Positions 17,938 to 28,817 of a DNA stretch of 64,000 nucleotides are shown here, piece after piece. The notes below the pieces were generated by a model. It saw nothing but the letters and a program-made list of their open reading frames with translations, had not been told where the DNA came from and searched no databases. Made by a program: the position numbers and the translations under genes. This stretch comes from an uncultured Gammaproteobacteria bacterium (GTDB lineage: Bacteria > Pseudomonadota > Gammaproteobacteria > JAURND01), in the NCBI GenBank assembly GCA_963714975.1, contig CAVQQD010000002.1, positions 704,001-768,000 of the forward strand, read 5' to 3'. Each line of letters begins with the position of its first letter. The first letter of the stretch is position 1.

Positions 17938-20541
17938 TTATAACGCGCCTAAATATGTTTGTAGCGTCAAATTTTGGGTTGCTGGTGGAGTAGTGCGCTG
18001 TCTTAGCGAATTATCAGTCAATGATGAAGGCCCCTCAATCTTCTCGCTACTTTTATGCGATGAGTTATTGCTGATTCGTAATCGATCGCTAACTTCCTTC
18101 TCAACCTCCGGCCTTATTTCATCCTCGATACCAGAAAACCTTTTTTCTCTCTCCGCTATAATTTTCTGAGATGTGTCATTTTCATTGCATTGCTTAACAT
18201 AATCAATTACATGCATTCCAGGCTGAGTTTGTTGCCGCTGTTCTTCTGTAATGAGGTAGGACAAGGATCGTTTTAGGCTTTCTCTAGTGTTTTCTATAGT
18301 ACTTTGCCTCTGGCTTAATCGCTCTTTATCTTCTGGTTTTGCTTTGTCTGTAACGCCAGCTTCAATTAAAGCTTGTTTATACTCCGCTATTTTCATAGTT
18401 ATTTGATGTTGATACGAAGCAAGCACTGCCTCATCCATTTTCTTTGTCGCAGCTGTTCTTTCCTCCTCAGTGGTATTTTTTTTGCTATCTGCGGGCTTCG
18501 GTAATTGCTTTCGCAAGTCAGTTTGAGCTCTCGTAATCTCTTTCCGGTAATAGGGATCTATATTCAAGTCTTTCATCAGGGTTTGATTTTGTAACCACTC
18601 GGGCCAGCTTGTTTTATCAGGGTGATTTATATTGCTGAACTTTTTACTTATTTCCCACCTTTTCCAAAGTATGATAAAAAGGGCGAGAAGTGCTGCTGCT
18701 CCTACTGTAGCAGTGATTAGGCTAGCTGCTGTTTGCTCTAGTGGAATCAGATGGAAATCCAAAAAATTCATAGTGCTCGGTAAGACTGCCGTAATATCGG
18801 CAAGGATCAAAAATAAAGGTAAAGTTAGCCATCTCTCTATTTTTTCCAATTGTTGTCTTTTCGAGTAGGCAAGACAAAAACCTACGCGCGCTTTCCGCAC
18901 CGCTTCTCCATAGACTTTAATGGCCTCTTGAAATTGTTTTATTTGCGCAGGGTTCTTATAATCTAAATAAATACCCAAAGACTGTAGCCATTTATTCATA
19001 TTACTACAGAGGTGATTTAACTTCCCAATGTGGTTTTCGCCCAACATAGCATCGACGCTGCAGTACCGCATCTCATTGCCATTTTGCGCGAAAGCATCTG
19101 TAAATCCAAATGTTGCTATGCGATTAGAATGTGACTTTGTCTCTTTTGACTCAGGGCGTTTTAAAATATCTTCTTTTTTATAGCTAACTTGTTTTTGTAA
19201 TTCACTTGCTAATTTTTCTGATTCAGTTTTAAATTGCTGGAAAACCTTAGTGTTTTGTTCATCAATTGCAGTTATTTTTTTGTTTAAGAGCGCTTTCTCC
19301 AGAGTCGAATAAGCTATTCTTTCCCTAATTTTTTCCAGCCAACTCTTCCAAAAATCTTCCAGGTAAGGGAAACTGATAGAGGCAATAGGAGTGATGTTTT
19401 CTTTATGTGGTTGCAGCTCTTTTAAGCCACGAAGTATTCCCGTGTAGTATGCTGTTGGATAAATGGAATATAGTTGCATCCATCTCAGAGGAATATCCTT
19501 CCTATTATAAAATTGTTGGTAGGGCTCCAGAAATAAACCCATTCCCAGCGCTCCTATTTTATAATTAATATTTTGTTCATCGTTTAAAATCGCCATACTA
19601 GAAGTATTAATAGCACCGGCAACTACCATATTTGCTATGTGTTGGATGTAAGGTTCGGTATCCACTATCTCAATAATAGTATCTTTTCCATCTTTGATTG
19701 GCTGGTAACGACCGCCGGATAAATAATGTGGATCCTGAATTTTTTTATTTTCGGATTGCACTGCAAGGTTTCGTTCTTGCTCTTCATACTTTTTCATAGC
19801 TTCAGAAAAAGAAATAGGCTGCTCATCTGCAGGTAAAAGCTGTTTCAGCAAAAATTCATCTAAAGCGCCTTGTCTCATTGAGTCAAATTTTTTGCCACTC
19901 TCCTTGCTTTCTTTTGTTGGATTTTTTATCTCAGTTTCGTCTCTTCTAATGTGATGTAAGCGCCCGGTATTGGAAGGCGTTTGGTATTGCAGAGCAGGTT
20001 GATCAATCAAGAAGTCTATTTCAGGTGATCCGAGTTCCGTACGTGTTGAACTTTGGGGATAGCCTCCTATATGAGTGGCCCAAGCTCGACCCGTGAGTTG
20101 ACACCGGGATATTAAATCTCGGATTGTGTGCAGAATTGAGATCGGCAAATCCCCGGCGATCCCAAAATCTTCCATACCTGTGGAATTTAATCTGTGATTA
20201 CGAAATAACTGTAAATGGTAGAGTGTCACATCCTTAAAAATTTGTGGGTATTCAATAATTTCTGCAGGAGACTCAGATTTTTCAATCCTTAATTTTTTTC
20301 CCGCCAGGTGTGGATGGAGTATCTCTAAAGCATCTCGTACTGCTGGATCAGCAAAAATAAAAACCGTGGGATTCTGAGCCAGGGCAACATATTTGGGGTC
20401 CTGCTTGTCTCTTGCTTGCACAATAACCGCTTCCTGCGTTGGATCGGGGAGCATAGCTTTTTTAGTATCGGGAGGAGAAAAAAAACCTGAGGGGTTCTGG
20501 GAGTCGGGCGTTGATGGCGGCTGGGCCTTTTGGTTAGTCAT
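17938..20541 (-). CDS. Large hypothetical protein with two TM helices (candidate effector, possible macrodomain)
   Basis: 867-aa ORF; two hydrophobic segments; charged helical C-terminus; GALGMGLF and DAFAQNGNE..SVDAM motifs. Confidence 0.65.
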   Translation of the reverse strand: MTNQKAQPPSTPDSQNPSGFFSPPDTKKAMLPDPTQEAVIVQARDKQDPKYVALAQNPTVFIFADPAVRDALEILHPHLAGKKLRIEKSESPAEIIEYPQIFKDVTLYHLQLFRNHRLNSTGMEDFGIAGDLPISILHTIRDLISRCQLTGRAWATHIGGYPQSSTRTELGSPEIDFLIDQPALQYQTPSNTGRLHHIRRDETEIKNPTKESKESGKKFDSMRQGALDEFLLKQLLPADEQPISFSEAMKKYEEQERNLAVQSENKKIQDPHYLSGGRYQPIKDGKDTIIEIVDTEPYIQHIANMVVAGAINTSSMAILNDEQNINYKIGALGMGLFLEPYQQFYNRKDIPLRWMQLYSIYPTAYYTGILRGLKELQPHKENITPIASISFPYLEDFWKSWLEKIRERIAYSTLEKALLNKKITAIDEQNTKVFQQFKTESEKLASELQKQVSYKKEDILKRPESKETKSHSNRIATFGFTDAFAQNGNEMRYCSVDAMLGENHIGKLNHLCSNMNKWLQSLGIYLDYKNPAQIKQFQEAIKVYGEAVRKARVGFCLAYSKRQQLEKIERWLTLPLFLILADITAVLPSTMNFLDFHLIPLEQTAASLITATVGAAALLALFIILWKRWEISKKFSNINHPDKTSWPEWLQNQTLMKDLNIDPYYRKEITRAQTDLRKQLPKPADSKKNTTEEERTAATKKMDEAVLASYQHQITMKIAEYKQALIEAGVTDKAKPEDKERLSQRQSTIENTRESLKRSLSYLITEEQRQQTQPGMHVIDYVKQCNENDTSQKIIAEREKRFSGIEDEIRPEVEKEVSDRLRISNNSSHKSSEKIEGPSSLTDNSLRQRTTPPATQNLTLQTYLGAL

Positions 20542-20587
20542 AATGGTTGCTCATTTAGTAAATTCATAGTGTTAGAAGTTAGAACCA

Positions 20588-20620
20588 ACATTACCTGATC
20601 TATCTTAACTGAATATGAAC
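20588..20620 (-). promoter_or_regulatory. PmrA-like box plus -10 element
   Basis: Minus strand gttcatatt-ca-gttaagata-N7-taatgt, same geometry as 4997-5029. Confidence 0.4.
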
Positions 20621-20723
20621 AGTAACATTTTCTAGCGGCTGGCTTCAGCGATCATTAATAACGGGGTGGGTGCTAGCAAGAGCTTCTTAGTAGCGATAAA
20701 ACCCATGTCGTATTTTCTCCAAT

Positions 20724-21416
20724 TTAAACCGAATCTGTCTTTTCTGCGAGTGCTTTGAGTAATGCCTGTGCTGCGGCGGTGGAAGATGCAGGATTCTGAC
20801 CCGTGATAAGACGACCATCAATAACTACAAAGCTTTGCCAATTGGGTGCTTGTTCAAACTGTCCACCTAAACGTTTCAGCTCATCCTCAACTAGGAACGG
20901 TACAATTTTCGTAAGCTGCACTTCTTCCTCTTCACTATTGGTAAAACCAGTTACGCGCTTAGCTTTTACCAGGGGCTCCCCTTGGTAAGTCACTTTATGG
21001 AGTACACCAGGCGCATGGCATACTAAAGCAATAAACTTACCAGAATTGTAAAAAGATTCGAGCAGAGCAATTGAATCGGGACTTTCGGCAAGATCCCACA
21101 TAGGGCCATGTCCACCCGGATAGAATACTGTATCAAAATCTTCTGCTCGCATGTCAGCAAGCTTGGCTGTTTGAGAAAATGCTTTTTGTGCTATGGCATC
21201 TTGCTTGAATCGTGTCATGGCTGGGGTCTGATTTTCCGGCAAATCACTCTTTGGATCGATAGGGGGCTGTCCACCTTGAGGAGATGCTAAGGTAAGGTTA
21301 ACACCCGCATCGCGGAAAACAAAATACGGAGCTGCAAATTCTTCTAACCAAATACCAGTCTTGCGACCTGTATTACCTAGTTGGTCGTGCGAAGTCATAA
21401 CCATCAATATATCCAT
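20724..21416 (-). CDS. DJ-1/PfpI family (type 1 glutamine amidotransferase-like) protein
   Basis: TGIWLEEFAAPY, PGGHGPMWDL, VCHAP, TGQNPAS. Confidence 0.92.
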   Translation of the reverse strand: MDILMVMTSHDQLGNTGRKTGIWLEEFAAPYFVFRDAGVNLTLASPQGGQPPIDPKSDLPENQTPAMTRFKQDAIAQKAFSQTAKLADMRAEDFDTVFYPGGHGPMWDLAESPDSIALLESFYNSGKFIALVCHAPGVLHKVTYQGEPLVKAKRVTGFTNSEEEEVQLTKIVPFLVEDELKRLGGQFEQAPNWQSFVVIDGRLITGQNPASSTAAAQALLKALAEKTDSV

Positions 21417-21571
21417 ATTTATTTTCTCTCTTTCCGAATTAATAATTACAGGATAGCTTACATCACTATTGAGCCAGTTGATTTATTCCTAAGTGACTTA
21501 TTGCGCTATCCAGTTTATAGTATTCGCTTCTGGATGAAAGTCAACTTAAAAACCATTGGATTTAGTTAAAT

Positions 21572-22423
21572 GTGAAAGCAGCTATCCGAGGTACTGAGAT
21601 CTATTTTGATATTGCTGGTATGCAATTCGCGCCGGAGGGGAAAACTTTTGTAGAGCGACCGGTGGTATTTATGCTGCATGGAGGTCCTGGTGGGAGTCAT
21701 TTACGGTATAAGCAATTTAGCTTGGAATTACAGGAAGTAGCACAACTGGTTTTTATTGATCACCGTGGCTGTGGCCTCAGCAAAAAGACTCGTGCTGCTG
21801 ATTATACTTTAGAAAATAATATTGAAGATATTGAGGCCTTGAGGCTCTTGTTGGGCTTACAACAGATCTGTATTTTGGGTACTTCCTATGGGGGAATAGT
21901 AGGCCAGGGTTATGCGATACGCTATCCGAAAAATGTCAGTAAATTACTTTTAGTCGCTACTGCTCCCAGTTATCGATTTATTGCTGAGGCGCAGCAAATT
22001 TTACAACAGCGCGGTAATCCAGCCCAAATTGCCATGGCTAAGCACCTCTGGGAAGGTTCCTTTAAAAATGCAGCACAGGTGGAAAAATTTTTTGCCTTGA
22101 TGGATCCACTGTATTGTTTGCAGGCGGGAAAAAATAAAAATTTGCGAGCTAAATTTAAATTAGAGTGGTCGTATTTAGCTCTAAATCAAGGTTTTGCTAG
22201 TTTTTTACGTCAATTCGATTTTATTCCTCAATTGCATAAAATTTCATGTCCCACCTTAATATTGGGTGGCGAAGATGATTGGATATGTAGCCCAAGTCAG
22301 GCGAAAATTTTGGCGAAATTTATTCCTCAGGCCAGCTTGAAATTATTCAAAAATTGTAGTCATGCTATTTCTGTGGATGCACATAAAAATTACATTAAGA
22401 TAATTAAAAGGTTTTTGCTTTAG
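21572..22423 (+). CDS. Alpha/beta hydrolase (proline iminopeptidase-like)
   Basis: LHGGPGG, DHRGCGLS, GTSYGG nucleophile elbow. Confidence 0.85.
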   Translation: MKAAIRGTEIYFDIAGMQFAPEGKTFVERPVVFMLHGGPGGSHLRYKQFSLELQEVAQLVFIDHRGCGLSKKTRAADYTLENNIEDIEALRLLLGLQQICILGTSYGGIVGQGYAIRYPKNVSKLLLVATAPSYRFIAEAQQILQQRGNPAQIAMAKHLWEGSFKNAAQVEKFFALMDPLYCLQAGKNKNLRAKFKLEWSYLALNQGFASFLRQFDFIPQLHKISCPTLILGGEDDWICSPSQAKILAKFIPQASLKLFKNCSHAISVDAHKNYIKIIKRFLL

Positions 22424-22518
22424 CATTCTTATGCATGCATTGTCTAATGGGATTTCACTTTACATCTTTCTTAGTGTTTGCTTAAATCGCAATTCCCAAT
22501 TAACGACAAGGAAACAGT

Positions 22519-23220
22519 ATGATCTATATTCGCAAAAGTAATGAAAGGGGCAATACTCGATCTGAATGGCTAAATAGCTATCATACTTTTTCTTTTGCAG
22601 AGTATTACGATCCCAAGTTTATGGGATTTGGTAATTTGCGTGTTATCAATGAAGATACCGTGCAGCCGGACTATGGGTTTGGTCAACATCCTCATGATAA
22701 TATGGAAATTATTTCCTATGTTATTTCGGGTTCATTAGAACATAGGGACAGTATTGGAACTGGCTCAACCATAAAACCAGGTGAAATCCAAATTATGTCT
22801 GCGGGATCCGGTGTTAGGCATAGCGAATTTAATCCTTCTAAGTCGGAATTAGTACACTTTCTGCAAATTTGGATCATGCCACGAGAGAGAAATTTAAAGC
22901 CAAGCTATCAACAAACAGTAATTAATAAAATCAATAATCAACTTATTTTAATCGGTTCGGGTAATCAACATGGCTTGACCGCGGTCACTATAAATCAGCA
23001 AGTGGATTTATATGCGGCCTATCTTAACCCGGGACATTCGGTTGAGCATGATCTTAGGGCTGGGAATCTTGCGTGGGTGCAATTAATTAAAGGAAGCATT
23101 CAGCTGGGTGGGAATGAATTAAGGGCGGGGGATGGAGCGGGAATCCTCGAGGAAAAACATATGGTAATTAAATGCAGCGAAGATGCAGAATTGTTAGTAT
23201 TTGATTTAGTATCTTGTTGA
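22519..23220 (+). CDS. Pirin family protein (YhhW-like)
   Basis: HPHDNMEIISY, MSAGSGVRHSE, FLQIWI. Confidence 0.93.
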   Translation: MIYIRKSNERGNTRSEWLNSYHTFSFAEYYDPKFMGFGNLRVINEDTVQPDYGFGQHPHDNMEIISYVISGSLEHRDSIGTGSTIKPGEIQIMSAGSGVRHSEFNPSKSELVHFLQIWIMPRERNLKPSYQQTVINKINNQLILIGSGNQHGLTAVTINQQVDLYAAYLNPGHSVEHDLRAGNLAWVQLIKGSIQLGGNELRAGDGAGILEEKHMVIKCSEDAELLVFDLVSC

Positions 23221-23244
23221 GCTCTAGAGAAGGAAGAAACTTTC

Positions 23245-23275
23245 CTGGATCCCGCGGACAAGCCGCGGGACGACG
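23245..23275. repeat. Short palindrome (GGATCCCGCGGACAAGCCGCGGGA), possible terminator
   Basis: tcccgcgg-acaag-ccgcggga hairpin just after the pirin stop. Confidence 0.65.
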
Positions 23276-23389
23276 TAATGGGGGCTAATTGACGACCATC
23301 CCTAGTGCTCAGAGTAGTGTAAATGACATTAAAAAATTTCGGAATTATAGAGAAACTGAATCATGGGTCAATGAGGTCAACACAAAAAG

Positions 23390-23476
23390 CAGCAATTCCC
23401 GCTGCTCCGTCATTTGACCGACGGGTGCCGCAGCGGCAGGACCCGTCGGGGAGCAAGGCTTCAGCGGAAATTGCTG
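23390..23476. repeat. Palindromic element, AATTCCCGCT / GACGGG-CCTGCCGC family
   Basis: Homologous to 45245-45313 and to the element inside rlmN (57187-57319). Confidence 0.85.
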
Positions 23477-23491
23477 ACCGAATTGTGTGCA

Positions 23492-24763
23492 TCAGATAGC
23501 TACTATATTCCGCAACTCATGTAAAGTTTTCCCGACTTCTAAAACATGGGTTGGCTTTTTAAGTAATTCTTGCAATTGCGGCGGGATGGGTATGGATGCC
23601 TGTATTAAAGGCTCAATGACTGTATCAAACTTCACCGGATCTGCTGTTGCTACAATGATCCAAGGTTCTGCAGAAAGTTTTTCTCTCACAAAACAAGCGG
23701 TAGCGGTGTGTGGGCAGACAATTGTGTTATGTTCCTCGTAGATGTGCTTAATAGTAGTGGCAATTTCTTCATCGCTGACACTAAAAGCCTGCACATTATT
23801 TTTAAAAGACTCAAAAGTGTTAAAGAAATATTGCAGACGCTCAAAATTACTGGGATTACCCACATCCATGGCATTCGCTAAAGTGCTAATACTTTGACGC
23901 GGTTGGTATTCCCCTGACTGTAAATAATCCGGGATAACTTTATTAGCATTGGTTGCTAACACAATTTCGCGAATTGGAAAACCCAGCATTTTTGCACAAT
24001 AGCCAGCGGTAGCATTTCCTAAATTGCCTGTTGGGACAATATAACCCGGGGCAAGCTGATGTTGCTGATAAAATTGCAGACTACTAAAGGCATAATAGGT
24101 AATTTGAGGCAAGAGTCGCCCAATATTGATGCTGTTGGCACTGCTTAAGCTGATATGCTGTTGCCACCATGGATCCCTAAAAGCTGCTTTCACCAAGGCT
24201 TGGCAATCATCAAAAGTCCCATCAACTGCTAATGCCAATACATTTTGATCCCAGCAAGTTATTTGATGCTCTTGTCGGGTTGCAATCTGGCCTTTGGGAA
24301 ATAAAATAATCACATTGACATTGGATTTTAAATAAAAAGCACTGGCAACCGCGGAACCAGTATCTCCTGAGGTTGCTACCATGATGGTGGTTTTTTGCCC
24401 AGTAGCAATGTGATTAATACACTCTGCTAAAAAACGCGCACCAAAATCTTTGAACGATAAGGTGGGTCCATGGAAAAGCTCAAGCATATAGGTGTTATGA
24501 TTTAATGAATGAAGAGGCACTGGAAAGGAAAAAGCATTAGCACACATTGCTGATAAATTTTCTGAAAGTGCATCTCCTTGAAAAAATTCTTGCAATACTT
24601 TTTCGGCAAAAGCAGGATAGCTAGGTATATCAGTAAAAGAGTTAAAATCAATTTTAGGAATGGACTCAGGAACAAACAGTCCCCCATCTTCAGCCAATCC
24701 ACAACGGATTGCTGCCGATAAAGATTTATGAATATTTTTGTCTCGTGTGCTAATGAAATTCAT
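23492..24763 (-). CDS. thrC: Threonine synthase
   Basis: GLAEDGGLFVP, ELFHGPTLSFKDFG, ATSGDTG. Confidence 0.96.
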   Translation of the reverse strand: MNFISTRDKNIHKSLSAAIRCGLAEDGGLFVPESIPKIDFNSFTDIPSYPAFAEKVLQEFFQGDALSENLSAMCANAFSFPVPLHSLNHNTYMLELFHGPTLSFKDFGARFLAECINHIATGQKTTIMVATSGDTGSAVASAFYLKSNVNVIILFPKGQIATRQEHQITCWDQNVLALAVDGTFDDCQALVKAAFRDPWWQQHISLSSANSINIGRLLPQITYYAFSSLQFYQQHQLAPGYIVPTGNLGNATAGYCAKMLGFPIREIVLATNANKVIPDYLQSGEYQPRQSISTLANAMDVGNPSNFERLQYFFNTFESFKNNVQAFSVSDEEIATTIKHIYEEHNTIVCPHTATACFVREKLSAEPWIIVATADPVKFDTVIEPLIQASIPIPPQLQELLKKPTHVLEVGKTLHELRNIVAI

Positions 24764-25728
24764 AAAGCCTCTTTGACTTCAATCACCCGTGCGGGATGTT
24801 TGCTAATAGGCGAAATCCAAGTATCAGTCTTTATGCCTTGCTCATGTAATGGTTCCTGCATGGCATTGCTAATCATGACTGCTTGATGTTTATTTTCCGC
24901 GAAAGCAAAGATACTGGGTCCTGAGCCAGAAAAGGATACCCCCAGCGCTCCCGCTTGCAAGGCTGCAGCTTTAATTTGATAAAAACCCGGCACAAATTGT
25001 ACTCGCTGCGGTTCAATGAGTAGATCATCTAAAATTTTAGGCCATAATGTGCGATCATTTTTGTAGAGTGAGCTGATGAACGCTGCCAGATTAGCCGATT
25101 GCCTAACGTAGTCTTTTAAAGGCAATTGCTCTTTTAAGATGCTCCTGGCCTGATTGGTAGATACATGCAAATGAGGATGAACTAACACGCAATATACGTC
25201 TGGAATGGGTAACTGAATCACTGCAATGGGATCTGTGCATTGAATTAAAGTTAGACCTCCAAAAATGCAAGGCACTACATTATCTGCATGTTTTTGTCCG
25301 CTGGCCACCTCTTCACCTAATAGGGCATATTGCGCTAATTCATCCAGTGATAAGGCTGGATTTAGAAAAGCATTAAAAGCTGTTAGAGCTGCTACTGCTG
25401 ATGCTGCTGATCCCCCCATCCCGGAACTTAACGGAATACCTTTTTCAATGCGAATGGAAAAGCCTAGGTCTAATTGCATGGCTTGACATAATTTTTGCAC
25501 CACGACAGAGGCGGTATTTTTTTCGACGGCTAAGGGTAATTGCTCATCAGAGTTAACAAACCCAGCGGATTCAATCACAACCTTATTATCGTCGCGACGT
25601 GTTAAGGTGACGTGATCACCAACTGCTTCTAATGCAAAGCCGAGAATGTCAAAGCCCACGGCAACATTAGCGCAAGAGGCAGGGGCAAAAGCTTTTACCG
25701 AATGAATGTTTGAATTTATGGTCGACAT
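24760..25728 (-). CDS. thrB: Homoserine kinase
   Basis: APASCANVAVGFDILG, PLSSGMGGSAAS, HADNV, SGSGPS. Confidence 0.95.
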   Translation of the reverse strand: MSTINSNIHSVKAFAPASCANVAVGFDILGFALEAVGDHVTLTRRDDNKVVIESAGFVNSDEQLPLAVEKNTASVVVQKLCQAMQLDLGFSIRIEKGIPLSSGMGGSAASAVAALTAFNAFLNPALSLDELAQYALLGEEVASGQKHADNVVPCIFGGLTLIQCTDPIAVIQLPIPDVYCVLVHPHLHVSTNQARSILKEQLPLKDYVRQSANLAAFISSLYKNDRTLWPKILDDLLIEPQRVQFVPGFYQIKAAALQAGALGVSFSGSGPSIFAFAENKHQAVMISNAMQEPLHEQGIKTDTWISPISKHPARVIEVKEAL

Positions 25729-25860
25729 TAATTTTACTCTATACCTGTATTGTTACTTTATATGATATTTGAAAGGATATTGTACAGCAATGAACACTTT
25801 GGCTTGGGTTTGCACTTCCTGCTAATTGACTTCAAATTTAGTTTGCATAGAATTGGATTG

Positions 25861-25936
<76 letters not shown>

Positions 25937-25997
25937 AAACTAAATTGTCATCTTATACTATAATTTGATGATATTTAAAAGGATATTCGGGTGTCAC

Positions 25998-27485
25998 ATG
26001 AATAATTCAGTTCCCTTGTTTGCTGCAGAACAGATCAAACTATTAGAACAATTGGTCATGGGGCAGCTCCAGCTGTCAGCATTTGATTTGATGGAGCGGG
26101 CTGGAGCAGCTGCTTTTAAGCTACTGAGGCAGCGTTGGCCACTGGCCCATAATATTCTGGTTTTTTGTGGTAAAGGTAATAATGGGGGTGATGGCTATGT
26201 GTTGGCTCGTCTTGCCAAAGAACAGGGCTTAAATGTATTAGTCCACCATCTTCGGGATCGAGGCAATCTGCCCGAAGCAGCCAGTGAAGCGTTACAGCGA
26301 TGTTTAATGGCCGGTGTGGATGTTCGCACTTATGTGGAAGGAGATTCTTTGCGCCCCGATGTAGTGGTGGATGCATTATTGGGGATTGGTCTGCGAGGAG
26401 AAGTGGCTGCTGACTATGCCCGCTATATCGAAGTCATCAACCAAATGCCTTGCCCGATACTAGCAATTGATGTCCCTTCGGGAATCAATGCGGACACGGG
26501 TACGGTAGGAGCTGCTGCGGTTCGAGCGACAGCGACCATCACCTTTATGGCTTATAAATTAGGTCTAGTGACTGGCAAAGCGGCTGAATGCAGTGGGGAG
26601 TTGCACTTTGAAAGTCTAGGAACTACCCATGATATGCTTACGCAATTGCCTTATACTGCTGAAACCCTAAGCACCCAAATTTTATCTGAAAGTTTGTCGC
26701 GTCGTGCTAAGAATGCGCATAAGGGCGATTTTGGTCATGTATTGGTTTTAGGGGGTAACACCGGCATGGCAGGAGCAGTGCGAATGGCGGGGGAAGCAGC
26801 AGCGCGGGTAGGCGCTGGTTTAGTCAGCGTGGCCACTCGAAAGGAACATGCGGCTATTATTGCCGCAATGCGACCGGAGCTCATGTGTCATGGCATTGAA
26901 GATGCAGCAGAATTAGAACCTTTATTCGCCAAGGCTACGGTGTTAGTACTAGGGCCTGGTTTAGGTCAGGACCAATGGGCGCAGAGGTTATTGGCAAAGA
27001 CTTTGAAAGCGCCGCAGCCCAAAGTATTGGATGCAGATGCGTTAAACCTGTTAGCAAAGAGTCCAGCACAGCAAGCTAATTGGGTTTTAACGCCTCACCC
27101 TGGAGAAGCGGCTCGTCTGCTCAATTGTACTGTTGCGGAAATTGAAGAAAATCGCTATTTATCAGTACGTCGTTTACAAGCAGCTTTTGGTGGAGTAGCG
27201 GTGTTAAAAGGTGTAGGCAGTTTAGTGCAAAGTGAAAGTGAAGTCACCGGGGTTTGCCTTGCAGGAAATCCCGGTATGGCAAGTGGAGGGATGGGTGATG
27301 TGCTTGGGGGCGCCATTGGTGGTTTATTAGCACAAGGACTTGCTTTGGAAGCAGCCGCCCGCATGGGAGTATTGATTCATTCCATAGCGGCAGATACGGC
27401 GGCACAGCCTTTGGGAGAACGGGGTTTATTGGCGAGTGATTTAATGTTGGAATTAAGAAAACAAGTCAATTGTCTGGTGGAATAG
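25998..27485 (+). CDS. nnr: Bifunctional NAD(P)HX epimerase/dehydratase
   Basis: LMERAG, GKGNNGGDG, HKGDFG, TPHPGEA, GGMGDVL; ATG at 25998 preferred. Confidence 0.95.
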   Translation: MNNSVPLFAAEQIKLLEQLVMGQLQLSAFDLMERAGAAAFKLLRQRWPLAHNILVFCGKGNNGGDGYVLARLAKEQGLNVLVHHLRDRGNLPEAASEALQRCLMAGVDVRTYVEGDSLRPDVVVDALLGIGLRGEVAADYARYIEVINQMPCPILAIDVPSGINADTGTVGAAAVRATATITFMAYKLGLVTGKAAECSGELHFESLGTTHDMLTQLPYTAETLSTQILSESLSRRAKNAHKGDFGHVLVLGGNTGMAGAVRMAGEAAARVGAGLVSVATRKEHAAIIAAMRPELMCHGIEDAAELEPLFAKATVLVLGPGLGQDQWAQRLLAKTLKAPQPKVLDADALNLLAKSPAQQANWVLTPHPGEAARLLNCTVAEIEENRYLSVRRLQAAFGGVAVLKGVGSLVQSESEVTGVCLAGNPGMASGGMGDVLGGAIGGLLAQGLALEAAARMGVLIHSIAADTAAQPLGERGLLASDLMLELRKQVNCLVE

Positions 27486-27492
27486 GTCCGCA

Positions 27493-27960
27493 ATGTCACA
27501 GTCATTTATTTTGGCAGATGAAGCTGCCACGCATTCCTTTGCAGCACAATTAGCCGAAGCTGTTCTTTCAATGTGGCCATTATTAAATCAACAAAAAAGT
27601 TTTAATATTTATCTTTCTGGGGAATTAGGCGCAGGTAAGACCAGTTTTGTGCGGGGTTTTTTACGAGCCATGGGTTATGAGGGAAAGGTAAAAAGCCCAA
27701 GTTATGGCTTGATTGAGCCTTATGTATTTTCGGAATACTCGGTCTTTCATTTTGATTTTTATCGGATTCAGAGTATCCAAGAATTGGCTTCCTTAGGTTT
27801 AGAAGATTATTTTAGCCAAAAAGCCATTTGTCTCATCGAATGGCCGGAGCAAGCATTCCAGCTCTTGCCCCCAGCCGATATTTTCTTGCGGATTAGCATT
27901 CAGGGGACACAACGTCGCATAGAACTTGATAAATCCTTTGGGAAGAAGGGATTGCTTTAG
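27493..27960 (+). CDS. tsaE: tRNA threonylcarbamoyladenosine biosynthesis ATPase
   Basis: GELGAGKT, VKSPSY, HFDFYR, IEWPE. Confidence 0.96.
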   Translation: MSQSFILADEAATHSFAAQLAEAVLSMWPLLNQQKSFNIYLSGELGAGKTSFVRGFLRAMGYEGKVKSPSYGLIEPYVFSEYSVFHFDFYRIQSIQELASLGLEDYFSQKAICLIEWPEQAFQLLPPADIFLRISIQGTQRRIELDKSFGKKGLL

Positions 27961-28817
27961 GGACACATTTGGTAGTAACGCTTAGTTCCTTGCACAATAG
28001 CTGCCGCTAAACGCCGCTGATAGTTAATGTCGACCAGTTGGCGTTCTTGCCGCAGATTGGAAATATACCCCGTCTCCACTAGCAAAGAAGGAATATCGGG
28101 AGACTTAAGCACCACAAAACCTGCTTGCTCTACCCGACGATAATGTAAATGGGTGATCGGTGCTAACTCTGTTAGAATTAGCTGCCCCAATTCTAAGCTC
28201 ACAGCAATCGCATGATTTTGTGAAAGATCCAATAATACCGAGCGTAACAGGCGGTCTTTTTGTTCTATAAAAACCCCATCGATCAATTCAGATTGATTTT
28301 CTTTTTTAGCTAACCAGCGCACCATCTCGCTAGTAGCTCCTCGTTCCGACAAGGCAAAAACCGAAGCGCCCACTGCTGTATTGTTATAAGCAGCATCCGC
28401 ATGGATCGCCAAAAATAACTTTGGTTTGTAACGACGTGCAATCGCTAAACGTTCTCGCAAAGGAAGATAAGTGTCGCGAGAACGGGTTAAGACCGCATGA
28501 AAGCCTGGTTGTTGATTAAACTGTCGCTGCAATTGTTTAGCAATAGCAAGCGCTACATCTTTTTCTCGATGGCCAGCTTTACCTACGGCTCCTGAATCCT
28601 TTCCCCCGTGACCCGGGTCAATCACCACCACTATGGGCTGCTTGGACCGTTTCACGGTAGGTTTGGTTTTCTGCGTGGACTGCTGGGCTGCAGCTATGCA
28701 AGACAAAAGCCCAAAGATAATGATTAACAAAACAATTAACAAAAGGCGAAGGCTAAGTACAAAATACATGTGGCAAAAGTTCCATAATCGTTCAGCAGCT
28801 CTCGGCGAAATAAACAT
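27957..28817 (-). CDS. N-acetylmuramoyl-L-alanine amidase (Amidase_3)
   Basis: IDPGHGGKDSGA, IHADA, VLKSPDIPSLLVETGYISN; start uncertain. Confidence 0.93.
   Translation of the reverse strand: MFISPRAAERLWNFCHMYFVLSLRLLLIVLLIIIFGLLSCIAAAQQSTQKTKPTVKRSKQPIVVVIDPGHGGKDSGAVGKAGHREKDVALAIAKQLQRQFNQQPGFHAVLTRSRDTYLPLRERLAIARRYKPKLFLAIHADAAYNNTAVGASVFALSERGATSEMVRWLAKKENQSELIDGVFIEQKDRLLRSVLLDLSQNHAIAVSLELGQLILTELAPITHLHYRRVEQAGFVVLKSPDIPSLLVETGYISNLRQERQLVDINYQRRLAAAIVQGTKRYYQMCP

Noticed and set aside
21572-22423. Alpha/beta hydrolase as the RiPP maturation protease
   Set aside because: More than 11 kb from the YcaO genes and outside the island; no linkage evidence.
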